NCBI RefSeq assembly: GCF_001194135.2
Contig: NC_068995.1
Location: forward strand, 4,071,056-4,135,026
Source of the DNA: Octopus bimaculoides
Taxonomy: Eukaryota
Length of the DNA: 63,971 nt
Direction: 5' to 3'
A program made the position numbers and the translations under genes. The notes beneath the pieces are model-generated. The model saw only the letters and a list, made by a program, of their open reading frames with translations, ran no database searches and had not been told where the DNA came from. Below, piece by piece: positions 10,992 to 22,766 of this stretch (positions are counted from its first letter, which is position 1; every line of letters starts with the position of its first letter).

Positions 10992-11078
<87 letters not shown>
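10992..11078. repeat. (TAA)n microsatellite running into an assembly gap
   Basis: Directly visible. Confidence 0.95.
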
Positions 11079-11587
11079 NNNNNNNNNNNNNNNNNNNNNN
11101 NNNNNNNNNNNNNNNNNNNNNNNNNNNNNNNNNNNNNNNNNNNNNNNNNNNNNNNNNNNNNNNNNNNNNNNNNNNNNNNNNNNNNNNNNNNNNNNNNNNN
11201 NNNNNNNNNNNNNNNNNNNNNNNNNNNNNNNNNNNNNNNNNNNNNNNNNNNNNNNNNNNNNNNNNNNNNNNNNNNNNNNNNNNNNNNNNNNNNNNNNNNN
11301 NNNNNNNNNNNNNNNNNNNNNNNNNNNNNNNNNNNNNNNNNNNNNNNNNNNNNNNNNNNNNNNNNNNNNNNNNNNNNNNNNNNNNNNNNNNNNNNNNNNN
11401 NNNNNNNNNNNNNNNNNNNNNNNNNNNNNNNNNNNNNNNNNNNNNNNNNNNNNNNNNNNNNNNNNNNNNNNNNNNNNNNNNNNNNNNNNNNNNNNNNNNN
11501 NNNNNNNNNNNNNNNNNNNNNNNNNNNNNNNNNNNNNNNNNNNNNNNNNNNNNNNNNNNNNNNNNNNNNNNNNNNNNNNNNNNNNNN

Positions 11588-11633
<46 letters not shown>

Positions 11634-11775
11634 ATATGGTACTTAAGTTGAGGCACCAGAATTTAGTATGGTATTATGTATACAATTTCAAAATAAGATA
11701 ATTAAAATCAAAATAAACAAGGATATCCTTGTTGCTTATTTTGATTATATATAACTTACGTAATGTCTTCTCCTG

Positions 11776-11821
<46 letters not shown>

Positions 11822-12666
11822 ATGTTGCTGCTACTTTTGCAGCTGATGTTATCACCAGCTACCACCACCACCACCAACAACAACAACTCCACAACCACTA
11901 CTTCTACGACCCACAAAACTATCAACGTTCCATTTGATTTATGTGATTTCTCGACCTGTATGAAGTAGCAGCCACATTTTCCCGTAATGCAGCACAGCTT
12001 TCCCTCTTACAGAATGAAAGCGTGTCCTAGCAATATAAACCGTCTTTGATGTACAGAACGGATGAGAAATGTCACGTCTAGAACGCTTTTGATCATAGGT
12101 TGGCTCGATCAAGTCTGGCTTGGGCTAAACACCACCACCACCACCAGTGACGACAACAGTAACAACACCAAAAGCAATAATGACGCCACATGCAACAGAA
12201 AAACAAATCTGTTTTTCTATACATAAATATATAAAAGGATATCCAGGAAATGATTCCAATGTCACATCACTTGTTTAGTCTAGCAGCGCCCCCTGTTGAG
12301 AATTTAGGAATTCTTTTGTATTTCGTTTTCGACAAGAAAAACAAAGACAAGCTTCGACACATAAATTTGTCATTTGAAATACTCCGAGTTAATAAAAGCA
12401 GAAAATATTAGAAAAGAAAAAACTTGTTTAATTGATTCAATGTTTTCTTTTCTTTCTTTCCTTATTTGTTTCTTTTCTTTTCTTTTATCGTTTCTATTTT
12501 TCTGCTGTTTTATTTCTTTTCTTTTTTACGTGCTTAGGGAAATACCAAGATGGGGTAGCAGCTTGCATACATCGATGCTAGACTGTCGACATACACACAC
12601 ACACATACACACACATATATATACATACGTACATACATACATAAATACATTCATACGGAGACTTAT

Positions 12667-12705
<39 letters not shown>

Positions 12706-12706
<1 letters not shown>

Positions 12707-12912
12707 GTTACTTGTTTCAGTCATTAGACTGCGGCCATGTCGGAGCACCGCCTTTAGTCGAAAAAATCGACCCCGGGACTTATTCTTTGTAAGCCTAGTT
12801 CTTCTATCGGTCTCTTTTGCCGAATCGCTAGTTACGGTTGTCAAGCGATGGTGGGGGAGATAACCACAGACACACATATATATCGATACACACACACATA
12901 TACACACACACA

Positions 12913-12949
<37 letters not shown>

Positions 12950-13092
12950 TGACGGGCTTCTTTCAGTTACCATCTACCAAATCCACTCACGAGGTTTTGG
13001 GCTACCCGAGGCTATAGCAGAAGACACTGCCCGAGGTGACACGCAGTGGGACTGAACCCGGAACCATGTGATTGGGAAGGAAGGTACTCACA
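12706..13092 (-). mobile_element. Full-length SINE family B with internal CA/TA microsatellite
   Basis: tRNA-like head with B-box (revcomp ggttccgggttcagtcccactgcgtg), body, internal microsatellite and 3' part tgtttcagtcattagactgcggccatg. Confidence 0.85.
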
Positions 13093-13095
13093 TCG

Positions 13096-13470
13096 TGGCA
13101 CTCCATCGGTTACGACGACGAGGGTTCCAGTTGATCCCTTCAATAGAACAGCCTGCTCGTGAAATTAATGTGTAAGCGCTGAGTACTCCACAGACACGTG
13201 TACCCTTAACATAATTCTCGGGGAGATTCAACGTGACACAGAGTGTGACAAGGCTGGCCCTTTGAAATACTGGTACAACAGAAACAGGAAGAAAGAGTGA
13301 AAGTTGTGGTAAAAGAGTACAGCAGGGTTCGCCACCACCCCGTGCCGGAGTCTCGTGAAACTTCAGTTATTTTTGCTCAATAAACACTCGCAACGCTCGA
13401 TCTGGGAATCGAAACCACGATCGCACAACCGCCAGTCTACTGCTGTAACCACTGGGCCATTGCGCCTCCC
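13096..13470 (-). mobile_element. Full-length SINE family C (tRNA-derived head)
   Basis: Head revcomp ggaggcgcaatggcccagtggttac...ggtttcgattcccag has A/B boxes; body shared with the 25618-25925 copy (gaaccctcgtcgtcg, aatttcacgagc). Confidence 0.85.
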
Positions 13471-13837
13471 TACCCAATATATATTTAGAGACTGGCTAAT
13501 ATTTACAATTTAGAGAATTTTTTGAAGAAATCTCAAGCAAAGGTTGATAAAATTCGATTTCGATTCTTTCAAATTGACCGNNNNNNNNNNNNNNNNNNNN
13601 NNNNNNNNNNNNNNNNNNNNNNNNNNNNNNNNNNNNNNNNNNNNNNNNNNNNNNNNNNNNNNNNNNNNNNNNNNNNNNNNNNNNNNNNNNNNNNNNNNNN
13701 NNNNNNNNNNNNNNNNNNNNNNNNNNNNNNNNNNNNNNNNNNNNNNNNNNNNNNNNNNNNNNNNNNNNNNNNNNNNNNNNNNNNNNNNNNNNNNNNNNNN
13801 NNNNNNNNNNNNNNNNNNNNNNNNNNNNNNNNNNNNN

Positions 13838-13873
<36 letters not shown>

Positions 13874-14220
13874 CACACACTCACACACATATATATAGCT
13901 CTCTTGTAGAAGAGGTACTTTTTACATCACTCCACTCTTTGGTGCTAAGTTTATGGTGTTAGTTTAACAGTTGTCGGCCAGAACCATGGATTACTGTTTA
14001 AAGTTATTCGTTTATTCGACTTTGCTATTAAAGCCTGCCTTTAGCCAAGCTTTTTCACTCAACAACTTTCATTCTTTAACAGAAAGGTAAGTCAATCTAG
14101 AATTATTAGCCAAGCTTTCTATAATTATCTATAATAATAATTTCCAAGTTATCTTTGTGTTTTATTGCTGAGCCCCACGTCAATCATTATTGAGTAGATA
14201 TAAAAACGTATATATGTATA

Positions 14221-14443
14221 CGAGAGGGTGCTGAAATGTTCCTGGTGTTAGGGGTGTCGCGGAAGGGTTGGTTGGAGGTCCAAACTTCCGAGTTCTTTTA
14301 AAGGACTTAAAACTGAAGGACCCCTGCAATGACTGTATGAATAAGAATCAGAGAGGGGAATATGTTGAAAAAAAAAATCATAATTAACTGATCCTCCTGT
14401 ATTTTCTTTTTCCCAACGCCCGAGACTTTTCAGCATCCCTTCA
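14221..14443. mobile_element. Tc1/mariner-type MITE, copy 1
   Basis: TA|cgagagggtgctgaaatgtt ... gacttttcagcatcccttca|TA: imperfect TIRs with TA flanks; homologous to 22767-22981. Confidence 0.75.
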
Positions 14444-14719
14444 TATGTAATATATGTGTGTGACTGTTCTGGCTAAGTGTACCGCGGATTTACATGTCAT
14501 CATCTCTTTTTAAAATGGTTAGTACCGTAATTCACGGCATTTTTCAAAAAGTAATAAGCTGGGTCTGCGGGGGTTATAGAATGACCCCGACCGAAGTAAT
14601 TATATTTCAGAATATAAGCCGCTGAAATTAGAATATATCTAATATGTCCGTGCGCTTTTTCAGCCATCAAATACGGTATATACTTTGAGGCTTAGCTCCT
14701 ATTTCTAGCAGTTCGTGTG

Positions 14720-14754
14720 TCGCCCCTGTGAACCTAGTTGGTTCATAGGGGCGA
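14720..14754. other. GC-rich hairpin (15-bp stem, 5-nt loop)
   Basis: tcgcccctgtgaacc-tagtt-ggttcataggggcga, one G-T pair. Confidence 0.85.
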
Positions 14755-14878
14755 AGGAAGCATTGTAAAGGATTGGATAAAACAACTCAGTCTCTCCTTT
14801 CTTTCGAAACTGTTTTGACAACCGACAGTGTTTGATAAGAAATAAGTGCAAAATTTCCATCTCAAGAGATTAGTCTAA

Positions 14879-15257
14879 TAACAAGAGCACTCAGAGAGCG
14901 CAAACCTTCGCCAAGGCAACACCAACGTCCTCTCAAAGATTAGCTAGAGATGATTTTTAAAATGAGAATATCTGAAATAAACTCGACTGCTTTCACAAAT
15001 GAGAATACTAAAAGTGAACTTGAACGCTCTCAAAAATTAAGTAAAAAAAAAAAAAAATACAGGAAAAAATAATCCAGAATCCTTGTCCAGTACGGGATCA
15101 ATCCCAAAATCTAATCAGTTTGTGCCAGCCACGAGGCCAAACATCCCTGAAAGTTTTATCCGAATCCACCCAGCAGTTCTTGAGATATCCTGTCCACGGA
15201 CAAACAGACAAACACAACTGAAAAAGATACAACCGCCTTCGCTAAGGCGGAGGTAAT
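14879..15257 (-). mobile_element. Non-autonomous Helentron-type element (HINE/DINE-1-like)
   Basis: On the minus strand: 5' subTIR attacctccgcc followed by short IR (ttagcg-aaggcgg); 3' subTIR gccttggcgaaggttt followed by stem-loop gcgctc-tct-gagtgc and a T-rich end. Confidence 0.7.
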
Positions 15258-15267
15258 ATAATAATAT

Positions 15268-15462
15268 TAATGGTTTCAAATTTTGCCACAAGGGCAGCAG
15301 GTTTGGGAGAGGGGATGAGTCGATAACATCGATCCCAGCTTTCAACTGGTACTTAATTTATCAATCCCGAAAGGATGAAAGGTGAAGTCGACCTCGGCGG
15401 GATTTGAACTCAGATTGTAGCGTCAGGCGAAATACCGATAAGCATTTCGTCCGGCTTGCTAA
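15268..15462 (-). mobile_element. SINE family A
   Basis: ggtacttaatttatcaatcccgaaaggatgaaaggtgaagtcgacctcggcgggatttgaactcag. Confidence 0.85.
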
Positions 15463-15483
15463 TTATTATTATAATTATTATTA

Positions 15484-15910
15484 GTGGTGGGCTGGCAGAA
15501 TCGTTAGCTCATCGGACAAAATGTTAGCATTTCTTTCAGATTTACGTTCTAAGTTCAAATGGCGCCGAAGTCAGCCTTGCCTTCCATCCTTTCCTGCTTG
15601 ATTAAATAAGTACCAATTGTTCACTCGGATCGATACAAAATATTTGCCCCTTCCTTGAATTTACTGGCCTTGTGACAAAAAGCTAAGTTTAATTAATACG
15701 GCGAACTGGCGGATTTCGTTACTGTGCCAGACAAAAAAATGCTCCGCAGCATTTATTCCTTGCCTTTACGTTCCGAGTTCAAATGATGCTGAAGTCTACT
15801 TTGTCTGTCATATCTTCGGGGTCGATATAATAAGTACCAATTGAGCACACCCGTAATCAACTAACCACCTCCCTTTAAAATTGCTGGCTGTGTGCCAAAA
15901 TTTGAACCAT
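15484..15910 (+). mobile_element. Two tandem degenerate SINE-A copies (15484-15680; 15698-15910)
   Basis: gggctggcagaatcgttagc..., tttacgttccgagttcaaat..., ggggtcgatataataagtacc. Confidence 0.75.
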
Positions 15911-16345
15911 GGCAGAGCAATAACTCTCAGAGTAGCGGACAAAATATCTTGTGATATTTAGTTTTGGCCCTTTGCGTTTTGAATTAAAACCCCACCCATC
16001 GGAAAACTGATGGCATGTTTAAATGGCAGATGTCGAATGAACTCCCTTAATATGTTGGTTTGTGTGTCTCTTTAGTTTTTATACTCCAATCCAAGCAAGT
16101 TTAGTTTTCCTTAAAAATTCGAACTCCAAACTTCGATCTTAGAAAGGATCCGTAAGAAATTGATCAATTGTGCACCAAACCACAGCGTCTTAAATTTAGT
16201 ACGCATTTCATAAATTGGTTCATTGAAAATTTATATAGATGGTCACAACTGGCACGCTTATTACGGCAAATTTTTACCATGACACTTGTTTTACTAGTCA
16301 AGTTTAATCTCAGATCAACAGACTTTCGGAATAGCTTTCGCTTAC

Positions 16346-16389
16346 CTCATGGAGAGAGAAAAGGCTACAAATTTTGTGGATATTTCCTT
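16346..16389 (-). other. Candidate 44-nt exon (possibly belonging to the Kazal-mucin gene)
   Basis: cttttcacag| acceptor and ATGAG|GTAAGC donor; phase 0 to 2 reading KEISTKFVAFSLSM; no homology recognised. Confidence 0.25.
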
Positions 16390-17075
16390 CTGTGAAAAGC
16401 TTTTCGTCCCAATATTTGCGTCCCTCCGCCACAATTCTGCGCCCTTTCACCACAAAGATTTTATTACCCTTATGTTTTAGAAAATTAAAACGCCAAGTAA
16501 TGACTTAAACTCTTGATATTGAAATGCACGATCAGAGACGACTTTGGATTAAGTTGCAATTTTAAGATGATTATCAATCATAATCCTACATTAAAAATGG
16601 TAAATCAGAATTCCTCCAAGTAGTAGAGTGCCAGATTTAACTGCAGACGCCTCAAACTGTCTTTATGTATGTAATACTACCTTTCTGTTTTATCAATTAA
16701 AAAATTAAAATCCTGCTGGAAGCGAGTTCGTCTTTCTATGGTTTTAGGATCGATAAAATTAATGAGAAATAGCTACCAGTGATGTCACCAATTGAATAAA
16801 TTGTATATCTACTCCACCCCCATTAAACATCTTTGGGCCAAATTTAGGAATCAATAAATACATTTTCACATATATTCTATTTTATTTGTTAATTAAGAAC
16901 ACATGAAGATGAAATGAAGTGTCGTTTTGAAATTGCAAAATTATTTAAGAGCAGTAGAAAGGTTTGCTTTCTTCAGCTCATGTGTAGAGAACAGCATTCT
17001 CTTTACATTCTCGTTGGAATCCAGGCCTGAACTGTGAAAAAGGAATCTTCAAGGTCCTGTTTATATTACACTCAC

Positions 17076-17230
17076 CGGCCCTTTAATGACGTGAGCACAA
17101 AACCAGCGAGGAGATTTATGGACACGTTCCACCCATCGGTACACTTGTTGTTCAACACGAGGACAGCTTTACGAGCTACTTCTATCGAACTGAACACTAG
17201 GCCATCCAGGATGATAGATTTTGGAGACTT
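17076..17230 (-). CDS. Candidate upstream exon of the Kazal-mucin gene: KSPKSIILDGLVFSSIEVARKAVLVLNNKCTDGWNVSINLLAGFVLTSLKG
   Basis: Acceptor ttttgtgttgtgtgtgcag| and donor CCG|GTGAGT; only one open frame; ends in phase 2, matching the Kazal exon; no domain recognised. Confidence 0.35.
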
Positions 17231-18313
17231 CTGCACACACAACACAAAACCCACTCAGCTATTTTGATGTTATTGGCAGAAATAGAAGTGAAATTAATGA
17301 TCTTCTGAAGATAATCCGGGACAGATATTCGCGTCGCAACCTTATGAGACGCTCTTCTGTTGCAGCCGATTGACGAAGAGAAGTTTATTAACAGAATAAT
17401 TTAGGTTGGTGATTGACAGAATCGTTAATATCGGACAAATTGTTTTGCAGTATTCAATTACAGTTCTTCAGACTCTGGGCTTAAATTCCATGGGAGGTCG
17501 ATTTACATTTCATCCTTGCGGGGGTTGATGAAATAAGGTATCTGTCGCGTATTAGTCGTTATAACCGACCGTTTCCCCTCCTTCAAATACATAAGTAAAC
17601 AAATAACCTGTCTTTGTGTCAGTTATGATTTATTAATTTGATAATCGATTGAGCATCAGATTAATTATATACGATCTGAGTTCGAATCCTGCCTGGTTCT
17701 ACTTTACACACCATTTAAGAGTCGATAAATAACGCTGAGTCCTGCGTTCGATATAATCGACTGATATCTCCCTTTGTGGTTATGTTGAGAATGATTATTT
17801 TTTATTATTATATTTATACTTATCTCCAAATGATGGAGAAGGTAGTGCATTAAATAACTTCATATACTTTTCTTTAAATATGTCGCCTTTTATAATTGCC
17901 AAACACACGCTTGCGTGCAAATCAAAGATGCTGTTCCCGTCAGTCGTATCATATATATTTGTCAGTTTGACGCATAGCCGACTACACTGGATTAATTGTG
18001 AAGCTGGGACGTTCAAAGTCTAAACTAGTTGTCCTCGGTCATTCTACACCACATTACTTGTTTGTACTTCAATAAATGTGAGTGTGTGTGTGTGAAAGAG
18101 AGAGAGAGAGAGAATCTTAATTGAAAAGCGTGTATAGCAGTGTTATGGGGCAAAGCGTAAGCTCCCACAGTGGCGAATACGGGACTTGTATTTGCCTTTT
18201 GACTTTGTTGCCAAGTCACTTAAATTACACGAAAAAAATCTTGGAGAGAGACAGCATGTCACACATTCCTTCTATCAGTAAATAAAAAGAGGGAAAGAAA
18301 CCCTTAGTTTGTC

Positions 18314-18357
18314 ATGTACTTGTCAGCGTTGTTGTCGGCGTTTCTAAGTTTCTCTAA
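18314..18357 (+). CDS. Candidate signal-peptide exon MYLSALLSAFLSFS of the plus-strand gene
   Basis: Hydrophobic Met-initiated peptide; weak donor AA|GTGGGG (phase 2) would fit a GAG acceptor at 18610. Confidence 0.25.
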
Positions 18358-18516
18358 GTGGGGTGGACAATTTCTATGATCGCTGCAGACCTTCTTGCAA
18401 TGCCGGAGTGTCCTAAAGGGCCGAGGGTTCCGTGGCGTTATGTTCACCCTGCTTTCGTCATCTGGTCACCAAAACAGGATATAAACTCAGTGTCCACATT
18501 ATTCCTTTACGCTCTG

Positions 18517-18569
<53 letters not shown>

Positions 18570-18599
18570 ATTTGATGTATTCTATTGTTTTGTTCATTT

Positions 18600-18729
18600 A
18601 TGTGTTGGAGGTTATGGTTATACAATAATGAAATCGCGTGTCCCACAAATACAACAACGAACAATTTCCTGGTTGCCCATCCGGATTATTTGAAATCTAC
18701 AGAACCACATCTGAACGACAGCATCACAG
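18600..18729 (+). CDS. Exon of unidentified plus-strand gene: MCWRLWLYNNEIACPTNTTTNNFLVAHPDYLKSTEPHLNDSIT
   Basis: Donor CAG|GTTAGT, phase 1, matching the only open frame of the next exon; two N-x-S/T sequons; 5' boundary uncertain. Confidence 0.55.
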
Positions 18730-18874
18730 GTTAGTTATTTCTCTGTAAGAATCGTTGTATCTCTTTGACACGCTCTATTACGCTCTCTCTCAACGCTACT
18801 CTCTCTCTTGCTAACCAGATTTATAATATATCAGTCAGACATATATTTCAGTATGGCTGCGTAATGCGTGTGCG

Positions 18875-18905
<31 letters not shown>

Positions 18906-19361
18906 AGAGGGAGAGGGAGGTGTGCGTGTGTGTGTGTGCGCACGCGAAGTTGCGTAGCCAAGTGGTTGGATTATAGACCGCACAATTGTTAATTCATAGT
19001 CTGATACCTGGAGCGGTGATGCGCTGTTCTTGTGCACCGACTCTGGTGAATTATAAATAATGATAAAAATGATGATAATAATGCATATAACTAAACTGTT
19101 TGCAATAGTAAATTGGTGGAATGATAGAGCAGAAAGTTAGACAAAATGCATATACATTTCTATGTTCTGATTTCAATCCCCAGTGAGGTATAATTTTCCT
19201 TCCATCGTTTTTAGGGTTGATTAAAGACATATACTGGGGGGGGGGGGGAGCATTCAATTGACTATACCCATTCCTTAAATTTAACGCATTATGTTTGATC
19301 TTAAAAAAAAAGAGAAACGGTAGTATTAATACTATCAGTTGCATTATTTTCTCATTACCAG

Positions 19362-19549
19362 TTGCCACCATATGGGTGAGACTGCCACAAGGTGATGTGT
19401 TATTCAGAGACAACATACCATCATCATTCCAACTCAATTTCCTGTGTAATCCTTCAGTGAAGTCGCCTTTTGATAAATGTGCGGTTGGTAACTGCTTCGT
19501 GTTGTCGACTACTGACAAGCAGCTTGAAGGAGACGACAGTATAGCATAC
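19362..19549 (+). CDS. Exon: (V)ATIWVRLPQGDVLFRDNIPSSFQLNFLCNPSVKSPFDKCAVGNCFVLSTTDKQLEGDDSIAY
   Basis: Acceptor ttttctcattaccag|, donor TAC|GTGAGT; 188 nt, phase 1 to 0; the other two frames contain stops. Confidence 0.75.
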
Positions 19550-19612
19550 GTGAGTATTGTATGAAGCACACACGTTATATGTACACACACTGAGGCTCAG
19601 AACACACTCACC

Positions 19613-19659
<47 letters not shown>

Positions 19660-19746
19660 AACTCACAACGTACCCACTCAGCAATACACACACAAGCTCA
19701 AGCACACACACAGGTACACGCACAAGCGGGTACTGTAACACAAAAA

Positions 19747-19811
<65 letters not shown>

Positions 19812-20204
19812 GCGCACTCACGCGCACAAACACACAACACCTGCACACACACGCTCACAACACCTGCACGCAAACACACCACACTCATACACACTCCCCA
19901 AGCCACACTCACTCCCCAAGCCACACTCCCACTCCGCCATTATTTAAACATTCCTCTCCCTGTCACCATTAACCTATTATAAATATTTTGATCTTTTTAC
20001 CGTATTTACTAACTTTCCATAAATATTTATAAAAACGTTGTTTCTGAAAGACATAAATGGCTATTTCCATATAAAAATTATATTTTTAATCTCGTATAAA
20101 TGGTTCCGTATATAAACATTTCGATTTATATAAACATTTCCATATGCATAACCTTTGTATATTAACAATGTGTGTTTTGTTTCTGTCTAAACTTTCGTTT
20201 GTAG

Positions 20205-20234
20205 AACTCGCGTGCCGATGTGCTGGAAGTTGAG
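20205..20234 (+). CDS. 30-nt exon NSRADVLEVE
   Basis: Acceptor ctaaactttcgtttgtag|, donor GAG|GTAATA; phase 0 to 0. Confidence 0.65.
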
Positions 20235-20867
20235 GTAATATTTTCTCACTAAATTTAAATCATATATTTGTATGTTGGTTCATATTTTGCATTTTTATTT
20301 CGATTTTATTCTCGAAAACAAAACCTCTTTAGTAGAGGACAAGGTGACCGAAAAAGTGCAGAATTTTATATTTAACTAACGTAAATAAGAAAAGCAACAT
20401 ATAATTTGTATATTGTAAACAAAATATGTTTGAAGGTTTGATAAAAACCGCGTTAAATGATGAATAATGTCCATTTATATTCAAAATCAGCTGTAGACAT
20501 GGAGTAACGACCCGAATGTCACTAAACTGTGTTGTCGAAAGTTGCTTAAAAATAGCATTTTCAATATTTTTGGTGCAACTTCTTGCATGGAAACGCACCT
20601 TGTGTCGTTTCGCTTTCGCAGTGTGCTCAAAATGAACAAGTGAAAGTAGAATACAATCCAGTTGGTTGGAGTAATGATAGCCAAATACCAAACACGTGAT
20701 CTGAACTAACTGATTCAATGTTAATACTCTCATTCAGAAGCGATTCGAAATCTGTTTTAATTCTTTTCCGTTAGTCTTCAAATATCTGATGAGGATTTGT
20801 TTGTTCATCTTTGAAACTCTAATTGAGAGGGAGTTGAATCACTGTTATTAAACAACGCACGCACACA

Positions 20868-20900
<33 letters not shown>

Positions 20901-20934
20901 GAAGGCGCATTGCTAAGTGTTAAGCGCATCGTGC

Positions 20935-20969
<35 letters not shown>

Positions 20970-21089
20970 GTAAAAATCTCATTCGGTATATNNNNNNNNN
21001 NNNNNNNNNNNNNNNNNNNNNNNNNNNNNNNNNNNNNNNNNNNNNNNNNNNNNNNNNNNNNNNNNNNNNNNNGTGAAGATCTCGTTCGG

Positions 21090-21121
<32 letters not shown>

Positions 21122-21189
21122 CTGTATCATATCGCATTATTGAATTTACGCTTGTTGTCCATAAATATTTTCTTATATTTCTTTTGTAG

Positions 21190-21335
21190 AATGTAATCAA
21201 CGTCACATCTTCCGATGCTTGTAGTGGTTCAAAGCAATTAATTCTCGGAATCATTCCTCAGCAATGTCTGACCCTTCCGCCACATGAATCAACCACCCCT
21301 TCCAGCGGATCTCTCGTAGTTTTTATCATGACTGT
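21190..21335 (+). CDS. Exon NVINVTSSDACSGSKQLILGIIPQQCLTLPPHESTTPSSGSLVVFIMT(V)
   Basis: Acceptor atatttcttttgtag|, donor GT|GTAAGA; only phase 0 is open; ends in phase 2. Confidence 0.7.
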
Positions 21336-22766
21336 GTAAGAAAACTCATAAATTTTATTCCGTATGTTTTCCCGCTTCACTTCAACATACCTGAGTAAAC
21401 TGCTATTATTAATGACAGACTGTTTCAAATAACACCCACCCGTTTTATATAACCCGGTCGCTACCCCGGATAAGTAAGGACTAGTTTAACAGTCTAGAAA
21501 AAATAAGACACAGAAATCACACTAGCAATTTCCTAAATATATTCGATCAGAGCTGACCGAGGGCTGAACAACATTTTTCAGTCGACTGGTCAATAACGGA
21601 AGATGTACGTGGTCAACTGACCTCCTAGAAATAACGGATGCATCTCCTTCAAAGTAAATCCCACGACCGTTGTAAACAAGTAGATGGGGAATAATCTAAG
21701 ATGTTACCCATCCTCTAAGTTATATAAGACTAATTTATATAATTTCAGGTCGATTTGGCTGCTTTTACCAGCAGACCGAACGGCCAACTAGATTTGTTGT
21801 TTATAGTTATGATGATGAATGAGATGATGTTTCATGGATACAATGATTGCTTTCTTTACCTTCTTTTTTTAAACCTACAGACTATTAACCATTGTAATAC
21901 TTTACTTCGTGTGTGGAACTTGTTGTAATTATATTTCGGGTTTACGTGGTTCAGATTCGATCCCACATATCAACTGTCTTACTCAAGTAGGCGTAAGTAA
22001 ATTATTTTTGCTTTCATGCTTTTTTTTTTATTTTGTGTAAATCACCCCACTATATCCATTGTTTCAGTAAGTCATTCAGATTTATCGAGGTCTTTGTAAA
22101 AAAAAAATACGATATTAATTTGTGAAATGGTTCATCTTGAAGCAAATAAGCTATAATTGATTGAGTGTAAATAATGTATTATCGGGATCTTTGGAGAAAA
22201 TGTAATATAATGAAAGACAGAAATTATTTCATTACGGTTCTTTTGCATTTTGAGTTCAAATTTAATCAAGTCAGCTTGACTTTTCATCGTTTCGATAAAA
22301 TAGAGTACAAGTCGAGTAATGAGGTCGATGAAATAACGTCTGTCTAGGTACTCGATTCCGCGAAATGAAGTACCAGTCAAGTATTATCGTAAATAAAATA
22401 AAGAACACTTATATGACAAATAATATTATAGTAATACTAATAATGAAAATAAATCGAGTGATCAACCCGATATACTTCGATACTACGGACTGCACTGTAA
22501 TCATGCCCGGAATACGGTCTATGACCTTAAGCATGTGTGGAATGCGCGTAGCGACGCATTAAAATATTTATACACTCCATTCAAAGATTACTATTATTAC
22601 TATATTTACCCTACATTATATCGGCACAGCTCAGTGCAATTACAAAACTGGTACCTCCAGGTGATATCATTAGGCTGTGACAAGTATAATAGCATATGAG
22701 CATTTATATGCATATTCAAAACGTTTCCTGTAAACAAAAGTAAAGATATAATATAACACATACATA

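Noticed and set aside
17795-18016. Minus ORF with QCSRLC (PAN/Apple-like)
   Set aside because: Poor acceptor, incomplete Cys pattern and no donor phase compatible with the 17230 candidate exon.
18330-18453. Minus-strand HCKKVCSDHRNCPP Cys cluster
   Set aside because: Does not complete a WAP or Kazal pattern and has a weak donor; it overlaps the better-supported plus-strand gene leader.
19480-19549. Similarity of PFDKCAVGNCFVL to fucosyltransferase or sialyltransferase motifs
   Set aside because: The following exons show none of the downstream catalytic motifs of GT10 or GT29.
20329-20733. 134-aa minus ORF and plus-strand readings TWSNDPNV.../CAQNEQV...
   Set aside because: No consistent splice pair; exons 20234 and 21190 already join in phase without it. 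It remains a possible cassette exon but is unsupported.
22432-22660. Open plus frame QPDILRYYGLHC... resembling kinase subdomain IV
   Set aside because: Weak acceptor and no other kinase subdomains nearby.
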